Notes: a model not told the origin generated them from the sequence alone. A DNA stretch of 52,136 bases, filler included, from Sphacelaria rigidula (GCA_964200075.2; 4 parts of 4 records of this genome joined end to end with filler, not necessarily neighbours in it), one strand, 5' to 3'. Shown: positions 12,961 to 26,120, numbered from the whole stretch's first letter. Numbers and translations are program-made.

Positions 12961-13060
12961 NNNNNNNNNNNNNNNNNNNNNNNNNNNNNNNNNNNNNNNN
13001 NNNNTTAATTAATTAANNNNNNNNNNNNNNNNNNNNNNNNNNNNNNNNNNNNNNNNNNNN
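12961..13060. other. Assembly gap with artificial TTAATTAATTAA linker
   Basis: 100-bp N block with a central six-frame-stop linker, identical to the other two gaps. Confidence 0.98.
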
Positions 13061-13899
13061 ACCGTAGTACTAGCCTGGCCCGACGCCGCTTGACTTCACA
13101 GAGCGGATGGGATGTGGTACTATCGACGCGGTATGGCCGCTCCTTCAATCTTTTTGCTTTTCCTTTTTTTGGCCGTCACACAGTGTGCCATTAGACAGAC
13201 CACCAGAGGGAGGCGGCACTGTGTAACATGCAACACAGCGTCCGAAGATGTCATCTATTTCGTCGCAAATTCACCCCCCCCACCCTGCCTCGGTGCGAGT
13301 CCGTATTCTCACGGGAACAAACATCTCTCTCTTCGTTGCTCCCGGTGCGGTACCTGTCTGGCACCATGGTATCCAGGATTGTACCGGCACCACCGCACCT
13401 CGCCAACTCTCGTCGTCGAGTGATTCTCTGTCACTCATGTCCTGACGCTTTCCACGATGAAAAAAACAGATTCCGCTGAAAAGGGTCGTATCTGTCGGCA
13501 TTCGAATCTGCAACCTTCCCGCCGTGACTGGGCGTATTTTTATTTTTTTGTACGCACGAATGATCCACCACGAGTCATATTCCAGCCGCGACGGTCATAA
13601 GATAGACGTACGTAACGAAAGTTAGAAATAAGCGGGAAATCAAGGCAGGTATGTAACTCGAAAAAAAGGGGGCAGGGGGAAGATGAAGAAGGGAAGACAA
13701 AAACAACAAAAAACGAAAAAAAAAAACGCCACGGCAATCAATCTACAATGTTATAGTACCAGCCCCGAAGAAAAACAAAGGTAGGCCTCTGTCGCATGGC
13801 TTCTCAGCTACACGAAGAAGAAAAACACACGCAGCACAGTACAATATAATAAGAAGAGTACAACACAATACAAAACAAGGCAGCGAAAAGCATGTTGCG

Positions 13900-14035
13900 A
13901 CTCAGATATTCAAGGACCATATGAATCAGATATCCAATGATATCCAAGGGCCACACGATCAAATATGCAAGGGCCACACGACTCAGATGCCAAATGTCCA
14001 AGGAACACACGACGCAGATGTCCAAGAGCCACACA
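13900..14035. repeat. Degenerate ~24-bp tandem repeat (cagatatccaagggccacacga-like)
   Basis: Recurrent cagat-tccaagg-ccacacga units visible. Confidence 0.65.
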
Positions 14036-14444
14036 CATTTTGGGGCAGGCACTTTCACCCATGAGGTTAGCAGGAGTAACACTGCATAAACCACGTATTC
14101 CTTGTTCGCTACTTTTCTTGCCCGTACCAATTTCAAATGCACGCGCAAAAGAGCATCAGACGGAAGGGCACGCGCAGGACAACATGTTCAATATACTTGA
14201 TCTACAAACAGAAGCCAGAAGCAGGAGAGAGTAAATTGCGGGGTATTCGCATATTCTGGAAAGGTTACTGAGAACGTTCCTCGTGATTGAACAAAGGCAA
14301 ATTGTTCCGAGTTCCCATATCTTGGGAAATGAATTGCGGATCTTGCGATGCTGTAGTTTTTGGATTGTAGGCTGTCGTGACAGGGTAGTGCTCTACGCTC
14401 TACTCTTTCACTCATCTCCTTCACCTCTCTTCACCCAATTTCCT

Positions 14445-14798
14445 ACGTGTGTATGTGTGTTGTCGTCCCATCTATTCTGGACGCCGGTCTACACCTTTCG
14501 GTGTATGTGGGCGCACCAGCCGGGGTTATACAGGAGGCGGTCAACACTGGAGCTTTCTTCTTTTTATTCGTTTTTCGTATGCCACCTTCCTTCTGCGGTG
14601 CTTGCCTTTCATTTTAATCGCGAGAGGGGTTCAGCACTCCCTTTCCCTCGTCGACCGTTCAGTCGAATTTTGTGTACCCACGACATGGTCGCTCCCACTA
14701 CTGTTGGGCATGATGTGGGGAAAAAATCAAGATCGTTCCGAGATTCGAACCCCACAACCCAACCGTCAGAATGTGTCGAGGTTACCAACTGAGCCATC
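14445..14798 (-). mobile_element. tRNA-derived SINE
   Basis: Minus strand starts with an A-box (tggctcagttggta) and a B-box (ggttcgaatct), has no intact cloverleaf, continues through a ~280-bp body and ends in an AC-rich microsatellite tail (gacaacacacatacacac). Confidence 0.7.
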
Positions 14799-14943
14799 AA
14801 GACTTACAACGCATCGCCTTCCGTCTTCCCAGTTACTGCAAGCGGGCAGCAAGCTGTTTGAGCACACATCAAGGGGCTGTTGTTGCTGCAAGATCATCTG
14901 ATCAACATCATCATTCGAATACAACATGCGTCCATGATCTCAC

Positions 14944-17900
14944 CAGAGCCAAGGGCCAGGTCAAGGCCGTCATGAGGGTAGCCAGGGTAGTATATTTGAG
15001 GCTCTCCTGGATCGCGCTCGAGCTGATGCTCTTCACCACAGACTGGCGAGGGGTGAGTGAGGCACGGAGTATTCGAGGGACAAAAAATTGAAGGCAAGGA
15101 GAAAACAGGGTTAGAAACAAAACTCAAAACAAAAAAAGATTTGCACAAGTCGGGTCAAACAGGGTTGTTGCCCGTGCCGTGTCACTAGTGCGGACCATTC
15201 AACGTGAAAGGGGCTCGAATGACTAAGGCCAGTTCTCAGACCTCGAAGTTTTTTGGGGTGACTGAAAAAAATCAGGATCCGGTCAAAAGCGAAACTGGGC
15301 GTACAAACAATCGGAAAAGTGCGCTAGAATCCTCGTGAAACATATAGCAAATATTTCCGAGGAGGCCAAATCCGCCGAGGCCCGTATTCCGCCAATAATC
15401 CGTGATGAAAGGTTCAAAAGGGCAGTTCTCAGACAAAAAAAAATCAGTCTGTAAGAAGCGGCCTAACAATTCGTCTAAAAGTATATGCATGTTAGTGTGA
15501 ATGATTCGTGCCATTTTATAGTGTAACTGATTTGTGCCGCGTTTTAGTGTAACTAATTCGTACGGTATCATACAAGCTGGACCAGCTGACAGTGATTTTT
15601 TAATGAAGAGTGGAGATGCGATTGGTGATTCGAAGAGTTAAGCGCTGAAATCTTGACTCGAAATTTTCATCATCAGACTGCTTCACGCTATGAGAAGTGC
15701 AGAGGAAGAAAAAAAAGGAAGTTAGAGCAAGTTGAAGTTTCAGCAGAAACAGGGAAAATGCTGTAACTTCGTGAAAAAATGATGATGAAAAAAAACGGCT
15801 GCAATCACCAGTGGGTTGTGGGCACTCGCGTCAAGGACATCCTGGTAAACTTTCGGCCAGAAATACCTCAAATCGAGCATCGAAACTTCGCACTTTTCGT
15901 GCGACACGGCTGCTGCGCCTCGCTGGTCAAACTGATACAACACCTTCCAATTACGCAGGTCACGAGTTCGAATCCATGACCTCTTTTTTTGTGCACAATA
16001 TAATCGTGCATAATCTCTCGTACCTCCCGGGTTGCAAAGGGTCTCGATATTTTAGCGGCAGTCTTGCTTTTCGGGGGGTATATATAGCGCAGTTTCAATT
16101 AGGACTTCTCTCTCGTGCGGTGATATACGACAGTCCGCTCGGAGGTTCTCTCCCATGATGGAGCTCTTGACGAGCTTGATGCCATCTTGCAGCACTACCA
16201 GTGTGCTGTTGCCAGCGCATATCAGGTGTGCGTGTGCCTCTGCGGCGACTGTCTATCGTCATTCCACGCAACGACAAGAGACGTACCCGGTACTCAATGC
16301 AGTACAATAACATCACCGCCAACACTGCGCCAATCGACCAGCGGCGGTGCCGTGTGATAACGGGTTGGTCTACAATTCACAGCGATATGCTCAAGCCGCG
16401 CTGATTTGGGAAACTTGAGAAGTTGTGGTGGGGGAAGCGAGTGCGGGATTTGCTGCCGGCCCAGCTCGTACTGAAACTGATTCATGCCGTATTTAAGTAT
16501 AACTGGTTCGTGCCGTATTTTAGTGTAACTGATTCGTGCCGTATTATAGTGTAACTGATTCGTGCCGTATTATAATGTGACTGATTCGTGCCGTACAGAT
16601 CAATTCGTAGGCTTTTGGTGTCAGCGTTGCACCCCAGCTACGCGCACCCCAGGTAGGCACGTGGAATCGCGCAAAATATGCGTTCTGTAGATACATACTT
16701 GTTTTTCCTCGTGGTCAGCTCTTTTCTTCTCTTCGGAGCAACCAGACCTCCAAAACCGCATATTTGTATATCTGGTGCTTCGAACCACCGATAGCTAATT
16801 CGGTCAACCCTTGCGAGCTATTGATGGACTTTATGGGATGCACATACCATATTCTCCCCTGGTACACTTCTGACTGATTTGATACGATACGATACGATGC
16901 GATATGATATGATGTGATATGATATGACTTGATTGATCGTCGTACATCAGTGATCCGCTGCAAATCCAGCCGTGGTCATTAGATGAAAGATACACCTACG
17001 CACTCAAGGTAAGGTAAGCGTATACTACTCTATGACCATGGGTTCGAGAGACCGGGCTACTGTGCAGAAATAATAACTAATAACGAAAACAACTGGTCCT
17101 CTCGAGAAAGGCGGGAGAAAGTTATTTATATAAATGAGAGACGATGAGGAGATTGAAAACGAAAAACGATTGACTGAGACTAGGCTACCCAGAATTTCAA
17201 AGCGTGGGGAAAACGAGATACTCCGACCGCAGAATATAACAACAAACGGGAGGTACAACGACAAAAAAAAAAGCGATAAATATGTGCTTGGACCGCACCA
17301 GGTACAGCACAAGTACCACGGCGCGTACGAGCATGTATCGTGTCACACGCGCCTTCATGCACACGTAGGGAATTTCCAAATATTCCAAAGATGGACAGGT
17401 TACGGTACAGGGGAGAGACCCTGGATTTCTAGAGTTTCTCAGGTACCAAAAGCTGACGATATCATCGAATATCAGGGTTTTGGGCGTACCGAGACCCCGA
17501 AATTCGAAATTCCGATTAGTTCGGGGTACCCAGGAAGTGTCGAGACCCCAAAATATCCCTACGCGCACCTACACTCTACCAAAATGGCCTTTAGGAAACT
17601 TCAACACACAACCCATACTTGACCAACACAATAGTCTGCCTCAGGGCTCGCGGATAGCAGCAAGGGCGGATGAGACGGATGAGTGAACGACACAAAAAGA
17701 ATGAATACATATTTTTGTGTGTGTGGGGGGGGGGGGGGGGGGTGATTCAATGCACAAAAAACAAACAAAAACTTCATGGGCGGCGTATTTAATTTTTGCA
17801 AGCCTACACCCTCATCATAGGCATGTTCATCGATTTTTTTTTTTTAATTCTCGTGATTTTAACTCCTCCCTTCCTCGGGACGAATCCGTGGTCTCAAGGG

Positions 17901-20900
17901 ATTAATTCACTACCACATCTCCCTCCCACCAACGGTAGTTTGTTTGGGGCGAAATCATTGTCAAGCGGTGCCGGCACATGTGCCATGTCTATCCCAACAG
18001 CCTCCGAAGCAAAAAAAAACGTTGCTTGCTGGATTACGTACAGAAAAGCGATGCTCCGCACGTTTTTTTGCTCTTTCCTTCAAAAAAAGTGGCTCGAATC
18101 ACTCCCCGCACTACCGTAGCACCGCTCAACACACCTCGATGCTCTTGCCCAGCGCCAGCTGCATGTCCGACTCCCAGCGCAGCACGTACTGGTCCGTGTG
18201 AGGCATTTTGTCCTGCCCCAGTCGACACAAATCACGGAATAGAACGAAGCATGCATTCAGAATTTTTTTCCACCAACCAACGACCCTCCTCACTGGAGGC
18301 GAGGACGGATGAAGCCGGTGACATCTAGACACAAATGTAAGCCAGCGAAAATCTTTGCTGAGTTTCGGTTGCCTAGGCGGTTCGTTCCATCGTCGCTGTC
18401 TATCGCGCAAAGGGAAGATTAAATACGACTCCAGTTATGCGATTCGCTTGAACCCCAACCGCGACAATGGGAATACCCAAGGCCCAGCTTCTCTTTGTTC
18501 ACAGCGAAAACATGTATTTGCGTGTTGTGTTGCTCACGCCCCGAAGCGTTATGGTACGAAACGTACGTTGGTCTTTGCGCATGTGTCGCCGTTGCCCCTA
18601 ACAAAGTAGAGAGCACAACTGCGCGCGGGTACCCTGGGGATGAAATTCAGTGCCCGGGTCGCGGTTCTGGCCCTGTGCGGAGCGAACGCACAGGGGGGTG
18701 GACTGAAACAGAGAGCAAGAATCAAGTGATTGCTAACGATTTCTGCAAAGCGTTCGGAGCGAACGCATGGGGATGCGATAATCCCAGGAAAACCCTGGTA
18801 TCGGGGTATTTACTGGGCTGCAACGCTTTGTTGTAGCCCTGTTGCATCGCGGCATATCGTCGAGGTTACCCTGTCGTATATATGGGGCCGTGGCGGTGCA
18901 ACCCTCTGTGATCGATTCAGTACCGTACGTGACGGAGTTATTGCAAGCGGGGTGTGCTAAAAAAGCAAGAACCAACTGATTGGATTCAATTTCCGCACAG
19001 CGGTCGGAGTGAACGCACAGTGCGGAGCAAACGCACAGTGCGGAGCGAATGCGCAGGGGTGCGTAAAATAGACAAGAGCCACATTGTTATATGATTGCGT
19101 TTGTTGTTACGTATTTGGACTGGAGTCTCAAAAAAGAAAATGATGGAGGACTCTCATGTCTTGTGAGGAATAGCATGGGCGGTATTGGAAAGACGAGCCT
19201 ACGTCTGTGACCACGGGTTTAAGAGATCGGACGAATGTGCGGGAACAAAATAATAATAATAATAATATCCGCATCCTTAAGGTACTTCACACACATATCA
19301 GGGAGACACACGTTTACTCAAACGGAGACGTGACGACACACACCGTAGACACGTATTTTCGATCATAACGGGCCTGAGGCGATATTGATGCATCCCAGTA
19401 TCGACGATACTATCGCTGATGGAATCGAGCATCACCCCCTAAAACCTATTTTTGACAAAAAGCACACCCTTTGAGAAATAATGTGATGATATGTTGATTG
19501 GTCGATAGTCTGGTTGGTTGTCGCAGATTGACTGATCTGCTAGGAAATCCAGCAGGTTCACACGATAGACATTTCGCCAAGGGTAAATAATGCGGAAACG
19601 CCCCCCGATCAAACTTCCATGAAGAGGAAATATGGAAAGTGAGGGGGGAAATGAACACAGTGAACTGAGAAGAGGAAAAAAAAAAAAACTGAACAATAGG
19701 GCATGCCTGTACCTCTACCTGACCAGAGATGTTTCTCGGTTGTTGAAAGTGGTCACTCTCACACAGTCCTTCACGGCCAATGGTACATTATACTAACTGT
19801 ACTATACTAAAGTTATGTCGGTATGAGTAGACGGCCAAGTTTGTCTACCTTGGTTGTTGATTTTATTCTTGGTCGGTGGTTCGGCGGTGCCCCCTCGTGC
19901 ATGTTTATACCTGCTCTACTGCATTTTGTCCTTCGGGTTTCATGACTTTGTAGTTACTTACCTTCTCCTCTGTTCTCTCTTTCTCTCCCCATTTATCTAT
20001 TTGTGTATTCTTTCCTCCCGGTGTACGCAAGTACCAGTTTGGTGCCTCGCTTCCATAGACTTCATGGGTGAGAGCTCCATACCCAAATATTGCGGTCGAA
20101 AATAGATGAGCCGAAATATTTTCCCACAGCTTTTCGTTCTTGACGATTGGGTACGAGTATGGTTTCTGCGCGAGATCTTCCCCGCCGAAGCCGTGTGGCG
20201 GCGGCCGGCCATTTCTAGTTTGATCTTGTCAGTAAAAGTGCGACAGTCAATCAATCTAATATAAAATAAAATATTTTTCTCTTTCCTTTGTTTCGTTCTT
20301 TCCTTTTTTTTTTATAGTCGATTCTGTTTGCTGCACCTTTTTCAGTCTATTCTTCACTTTTCTTCAGCGAGTATTTCCATATTTTTTTTCTCGGGTGCGC
20401 CTAACATGTGAGCACGGCTGGATCCCTGGGGTATCACTTAGAGTGCGACAATCAACCAATCAGTCGATGATATACCCCTTACTGTTGTTGCGCTTTGCGT
20501 AAATAGTTGCACTTCCGCTACAAAAAAATACGATTTGGGAGGGAAGGGGGGGGGACGAGGTCAAGCTTACTCTAAAAGTTGAGAGGAAAACTGTTCCGAA
20601 GAATAAATACATGACGACATTACTCAATGAGGATATTTATCCGACAAGGACTCTCTGAAACATCACGCAGCACCCTGGAGTATGACACAGTCATGTATAA
20701 CACATTGGAGCATAACAAATACGCTGAAGCATGACCCACACACACACACCTGCCAAAACCAAACACGATATCGCTCCTTCTCCTCTTTCTCCGTCAATGA
20801 ATTTTGCTCGGCGGTGTCCCCCGACACAAAAGCTTCCATCTCCTTCGGCGTCCGAATCTCCACGAACTCCACCGCCAATTTCTCGTCTCCGCCACACCGC

Positions 20901-22632
20901 CGCAATGCCGCCTCCGCCCACAAAATGGGCCCACGTTCGCCGCCCGCACCCGCTGCCGCCGCTGCTTTAGTCTTTTCCCCGAACCTCTCCACCACTCTTT
21001 CCGCCGCGCCGGTTGCCTCGTATGTTAGGACTTCATCGATGGCTGCCTTAGCTGCTGCCGATACGTCTACGGCTATTTCCGAGGGGGTTTCTTCGTTGCT
21101 GCCGGCTGATGCTGCGGTCCTGCGCGAATTCGATGTTCGTGAGCGGAGCTTGGTCAGGGGTCTGCCTATCGCCGTTGACTTGGCTTCCGCTGCTGCTGCT
21201 CCCGAGGATGATTCTGTGGGATCGTCTGCGTCATTGCTGCCCCACCCGCGCAGCATACCCCCGCCAGTGGTGTCCGGTGCAACCACTGGAACCGATACGG
21301 GGATGACTGTGCTGGCCGCCGATGATGCTTCTGAGTTTCCATCTGTTGTAGCCCGGCGTGTTGTTGCAGCTGCTGCTGCTGCTGCTGCTTCTGCCGCTGC
21401 TGCTGCTGCCTCTGCTGCTGCTGCAGCTTCTGCTGCTGTATCGGAAACATGGGTGTCCGTGCGTGCCGCAGCTACTGTTTGAGTGTCCCGCCCAACCTCT
21501 GGTACACCAGACGTGGCATCTGCTGGAGTATGACCACTGGCAGTAGAATTTGCGACTGCTGCAGCGTCACCCTCAAGAACCGGCATGGTAGATCCTTGGG
21601 AGTCACCGGAACTACTAGCCGTTGTGGGCACGGCAGGAGCCGCAGCAGTACCCCTACCGGTACCCGGGGGGGTGCCGGAAAAAATATCCAAAAAGTCGGC
21701 GTTGAGCTTCACACCACCGCTAGGCTTGTCGCTCCGCGCTTCCTCCTGATCATCAGACAGTATCTCCAGCAGATCTTCCGATGGAGCCGGCTTCTGGCTT
21801 CGCTTCTGTTGCTGAGTCGTATCAGGGTTGGATTCAGCGGCTTCGACTTCCGAGGCCACAGTGAAATGCGCGCGCGTGTTGACGCGTGAGGAGGATGGTT
21901 GGGCCACGCTTGCCGCCGCTGCGTTGTCTCGGTGTTTTTTGCCTGCTGTCGTGAACTTGGCCGCAACCTTCGAGGCCTTCTGCTGTTCCGAAGACCCAGG
22001 ACCGCAAGAATCATGAAATCGGGCCCGGGAGATAGGGGGGGGGGGGTGTAGTCATTCGTTGCTTGCCTTCATAATTTGAATAAGTCGTTCGTTGCATGCC
22101 TTCATAATTTGACCATTGGCCACGCATGCCTTTCGAGACGAAGCAGCATCCCTACTCCTCGTAGAGACACCTCCAACATTTGGGCACTCATTACGTTGTT
22201 TCCATACAGTGCCCATGAATCCTTTACATGGGGGCCGAAGGATATTTCTTCGCGGAGAATGACACAGCAGAGCACGTCAAACACGTGGAGTCTGAACCAC
22301 AAGAGAGCACGGCAGACTCGAGAGTTACTGGAAAACATAATAGAATATGACAAGCGTGGAGTATGATCCGCAGCGGAGTACGACAATCGTAGAGTACGGC
22401 ACGTGAGGTACACGGCGAAGGTGGAGCATGACACCCACGAGGGCGCGACGAACGTGGAGTATGACCACACACCTTGATTTGCTGCTTCTCCACGCTCAAG
22501 ACTGCCTCCATCAAGCGCCCGATGGCTTCTGCATCCCGAGCCACATCTTCCTGGGAAATCCCTTCAACATCACGTCCTTCCGCCAGGGCTAGCGCCGCGC
22601 GCGTCGGGGGATCTCGAGGATCGGCCCCATAC
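14944..22632 (-). CDS. DUF726/TMCO4-like protein, internal exons only
   Basis: Phase-compatible GT-AG exons 22632-22473, 21982-20750, 18212-18135 and 15042-14944 join to ...RVWFWQ|DKMPHTDQYVLRWESDMQLALGKSIE|SVVKSISSSAIQESLKYTTLATLMTALTWPLAL. The LxWExxxxxxLG and QxxLxxTxLAxLxxALxWP motifs are characteristic of DUF726. Confidence 0.78.
15495..16600. repeat. Region bracketed by 26-bp tandem repeats (gtaactgattcgtgccgtattatagt)
   Basis: About 3 units at ~15495-15565 and about 5 units at ~16470-16600, in the same orientation. Confidence 0.8.
16878..16930. repeat. (GATAC/GATAT)n pentanucleotide microsatellite
   Basis: Directly visible. Confidence 0.9.
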
Positions 22633-23431
22633 CTACGAATATACACATGGGAGAAGTAAACGTATTCAAAGACGAACCTTCTTAGATGCCCATCTTTGAT
22701 GGTTGGCGGTATTTTTTGGAAATGTCCCATCGGCCTTTTCGATTCATGTACGGGAAAAAATGGGCAAGGGAACGACGGTTTTAAAAACATTTCGACTGGT
22801 GGTGCGATGATCGCTCAGGACTGTACCCCCCGTCTTGTACTTAAAGAAGTCCGAGAGAAAACGACTGTTTGTAATGCTTTCTTCGAATTCCGCATATTTG
22901 GTGAAAAAAATGTACCGGTTATTGGCAAATTCAAAATCACGAGGGTACACCTTTTCTACACCAACGTCGCCTCGTGTGGGCATGATCAATTTTGCGATTG
23001 GAAAATTGAGTCCTGGGAAATATTTGACACCGTTTTTGACCTCCCAAATACAGAAAATATTGCCACCAAGTGTCTCTTGGACAGCATGCATCACCTCACT
23101 GAGAGGAGCCAACGCCCACTCTTCCAATTCTCTAGGCTCGCAGTTTTCGTAAACGATCACTTCGCAACATTTCAAACTGGACATAGATATACGTGGTATC
23201 TGTGGCGATATTTGTAAAAATTAAAATTGCCGCATCCTCTGGTATTGTTCCATGTCGCAGTTGGATTTTGGCGAAGTGACCGTTTGCAAAAGCGAGGACT
23301 CCAGCGAATCGCACAAGTGGGCTAGGGTCCTCTTAGTGACTTTGGTGCATGGCGTCCAAGACACTTGGTGAGGACATTTATTTTCTGTTTTGGTCAAGAA
23401 TGATTTCAATGTCTTCAAAGGAGGCTAGTTC

Positions 23432-23734
23432 ACCGGCGTTGGGCTACAAATGTCCATGGTTAAAACACAATTCTACAAGTATCGCTACCCCTAACCCTAA
23501 TCCCAACCCAATGCATACCGAGAATCCTCGGGCAAGGGCGGTACATGCATTCTCTAGGCACAGTGCAGCCTTTGTAGACCCCAAATCCGCGCCTGTGGCG
23601 CCGACTTCAACGAAAACGCGTTTTGCGCACGCGAGGAGCACACGGGACTGTCAGCCCTACTAAAATTCCGATTCTAGTTGTACACGCTCAAATCAAGTAA
23701 TATCAACTACGGACATTTGTAGCCCAACGCCGGT
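23432..23734. mobile_element. MITE-like element with perfect 24-bp inverted repeats and a short CCCTAA tract
   Basis: accggcgttgggctacaaatgtcc (23432-23455) pairs with ggacatttgtagcccaacgccggt (23711-23734); ccctaaccctaatcccaaccc lies at ~23489-23509. Confidence 0.8.
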
Positions 23735-26020
23735 AAACTCTACTGCTTCAAAATACTCAATTTTCCGATGTTTGTGTTCTGTCGGGTATACCGAGAAGTG
23801 AGGGATTTTGGTGGCATACTAACTACCCATACAAAGGTGTGTAGCGGACATTCCGGTATGATCCGGTAGGGCATCGAGGCTTGTCCCGAACAACTTCTTA
23901 TGGTTACGGAGGGTACTTACCGATAAACTACGAAGTACCTCTTGATACTTGCGCGAATACTCGAACTCCAGCTGGCACACCCTACAGATCACAACCTTGC
24001 AATTTTCTAGTCGCAACATCTTGCCATCCCTATCAGAAGCGGCCTTAGGCCCTCATTTCCTAATGTATCCCCTCTCTCGACTTTCAGTTTCTTTAGAAAG
24101 TGCTCATATTCTTGTTCGCCGTGGGTATGCATGTTGTCGTCGTCACCACAGCTGGACACCTCGGAGATCAGTTAGACGTACAACAAACAGCAGTAAATCA
24201 CTTAGCTTATCAAGGGTTGGAAAGAATCATCGCTGCGGTCGAATCACCGAAAACTACGATTTTCTGAGGACTGATGGCTCGAAAGAGAGCACACATTGGA
24301 CAATGACAATATATGATCATAAATAGTTGCGATAGACAAGGAATGTACTGGGTTTAGCCTAGGCCTATTGCAACTGTTGTCGGTCGACAATAATCGCAAT
24401 AGGTCTATACTTTACGCAGTACATTTATCTTGCACTGCATCAACTGACTATTTTGTACTCCCGTTTTCGAAAAAATAATAAATCAACCCCTAATCCACCC
24501 AACCCCGAGTACCCTAATTGTCTTAGTCCCAAACCCGTTTTTTCCTATTTTCTCCATTCATTTTCTTACCGTGTGCAATTGTTTATTACTTTAGTTTATT
24601 CTCTTTTCGTCATCTTTTTTTTTCTCCCTCTCATTTCGTTTCGTTTTCCAAATGTTGATGATACTTTGTTCATTTTTTATTCCATTCATTTTTTCAATAG
24701 TGTCCAAGGTGTGAAAAAAAAAAGAGAGAAGGAAAGATGACCGCGGGTCAAGAAGGTCTCTACAGTAGGCACACATCGTGCCATTCCACGCGCCTACCTG
24801 GGGTGCGCGTACCTGAAGTGTATACAGCACTGAAATCAAAGCCCAGGGGTTGATTCGTACGGTACGATTCAACTACACTAACATCAAGTAGATTTCAGAA
24901 GAATCAATATTCGCCCCGACCCTTGAACCTTCTCCTCAAGAGACAGGAAAGTGAGCAGCCCAGTTACTACCATCATATTTTTGCCCTCAAGTCAACTTGC
25001 GGTAGTTCATGCGCCCCAGGTAGTCCACTTGGAACATCTGAAACCTGCCTATCAGGGCGAACGAGCGCGACTTCGACTTCCCGCAAATGCACTGGTCACT
25101 TTTTGATTTCGGTTTGATTGAGTTGATTGTCGCACTTTAATTGAAACCCCAGGGATCCAGCCGCGGTCGCACAATAGAGGTACCCAAGACACAACATAAC
25201 CAAGACACTCGTTCAAGAAAAACAACAAAAGAAAAAAAGTATAACAGAACGACACTTTTCTCTGGACTTGACTGTTTTTTACAGTCCTTGCACGAAAATT
25301 CTTGTCGGGCCAAAATATAAACTGCGGCCACCCAAAAACAGGAAGATGTCCTGGAACCGCCTCAACTAGTAGGGCAAGTCAATCCAAGGTGTCAAACTCC
25401 GTTTAGCTCTCTTTCTTGGGGCGTAAAACGACGTAAAAGCTCCCAAAAGGCACTTTTCCAGATTTTAATTGCTGTCTATTATAAGGAGCGGCCCAAGACG
25501 TACAAAAAAACAACAGGAAACAAATGAATAAATACAGGGAAAAGAAAGCACAGAAACAACTGTAACATTTTATAGTTATAAAGGTATCTGATTTCCCACC
25601 GTCAACAACGCGAGTCGCAGAAATGAAGAAAAAATGACGAGATCCAACGAGGTGCGAAAGTGATGTCATGATCCAAATCCGCGACACCACAACTTAAGGC
25701 GTGCACTGGTACAGGGGAGGAGACGGGTTGATCCTTGAGACCGCGGACTCGTCCCGAAGAATGGTAGGGGTCAACAGTAAGAACGAGCACAAGAGAAACA
25801 AATTACGCACCTCTCTGCGAGTTCAGATGGCAAAGCAGACCGATCTGATTGGCCTAAATAATTTTCCTTGGCAAATTCAAGATACCCCTCCCATCCCACC
25901 ATATAGTGGCTCTCCGCAATTATTTGCGCGATTCAATCTTTTACAAAAGATTGCACGGTTAGGACAAATAATGATTCGTCAGGAAATTACTTGGTTTTAG
26001 TATAATAAGTTGACTCGTGA

Positions 26021-26120
26021 NNNNNNNNNNNNNNNNNNNNNNNNNNNNNNNNNNNNNNNNNNNNTTAATTAATTAANNNNNNNNNNNNNNNNNNNNNNNN
26101 NNNNNNNNNNNNNNNNNNNN
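26021..26120. other. Assembly gap with artificial TTAATTAATTAA linker
   Basis: 100-bp N block with central linker. Confidence 0.98.

Noticed and set aside
13005-13016. TTAATTAATTAA as a biological motif
   Set aside because: Identical linker centred in all three N blocks; an assembly artefact.
14735-14798. tRNA gene
   Set aside because: A and B boxes are present but there is no convincing acceptor or anticodon stem, and it continues into a SINE-like body.
16715-16830. Extra DUF726 exon (GLTELAIGGSKHQ...)
   Set aside because: It adjoins a dispersed repeat also seen inverted near 24750-24810, and exons 18212-18135 and 15042-14944 already join into the conserved motif without it.
20682-21482. 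266-aa plus-strand ORF
   Set aside because: Antisense shadow of the large minus-strand exon.
22696-23217. Overlapping 173-aa and 146-aa ORFs
   Set aside because: No recognisable motifs; they overlap a foldback repeat.
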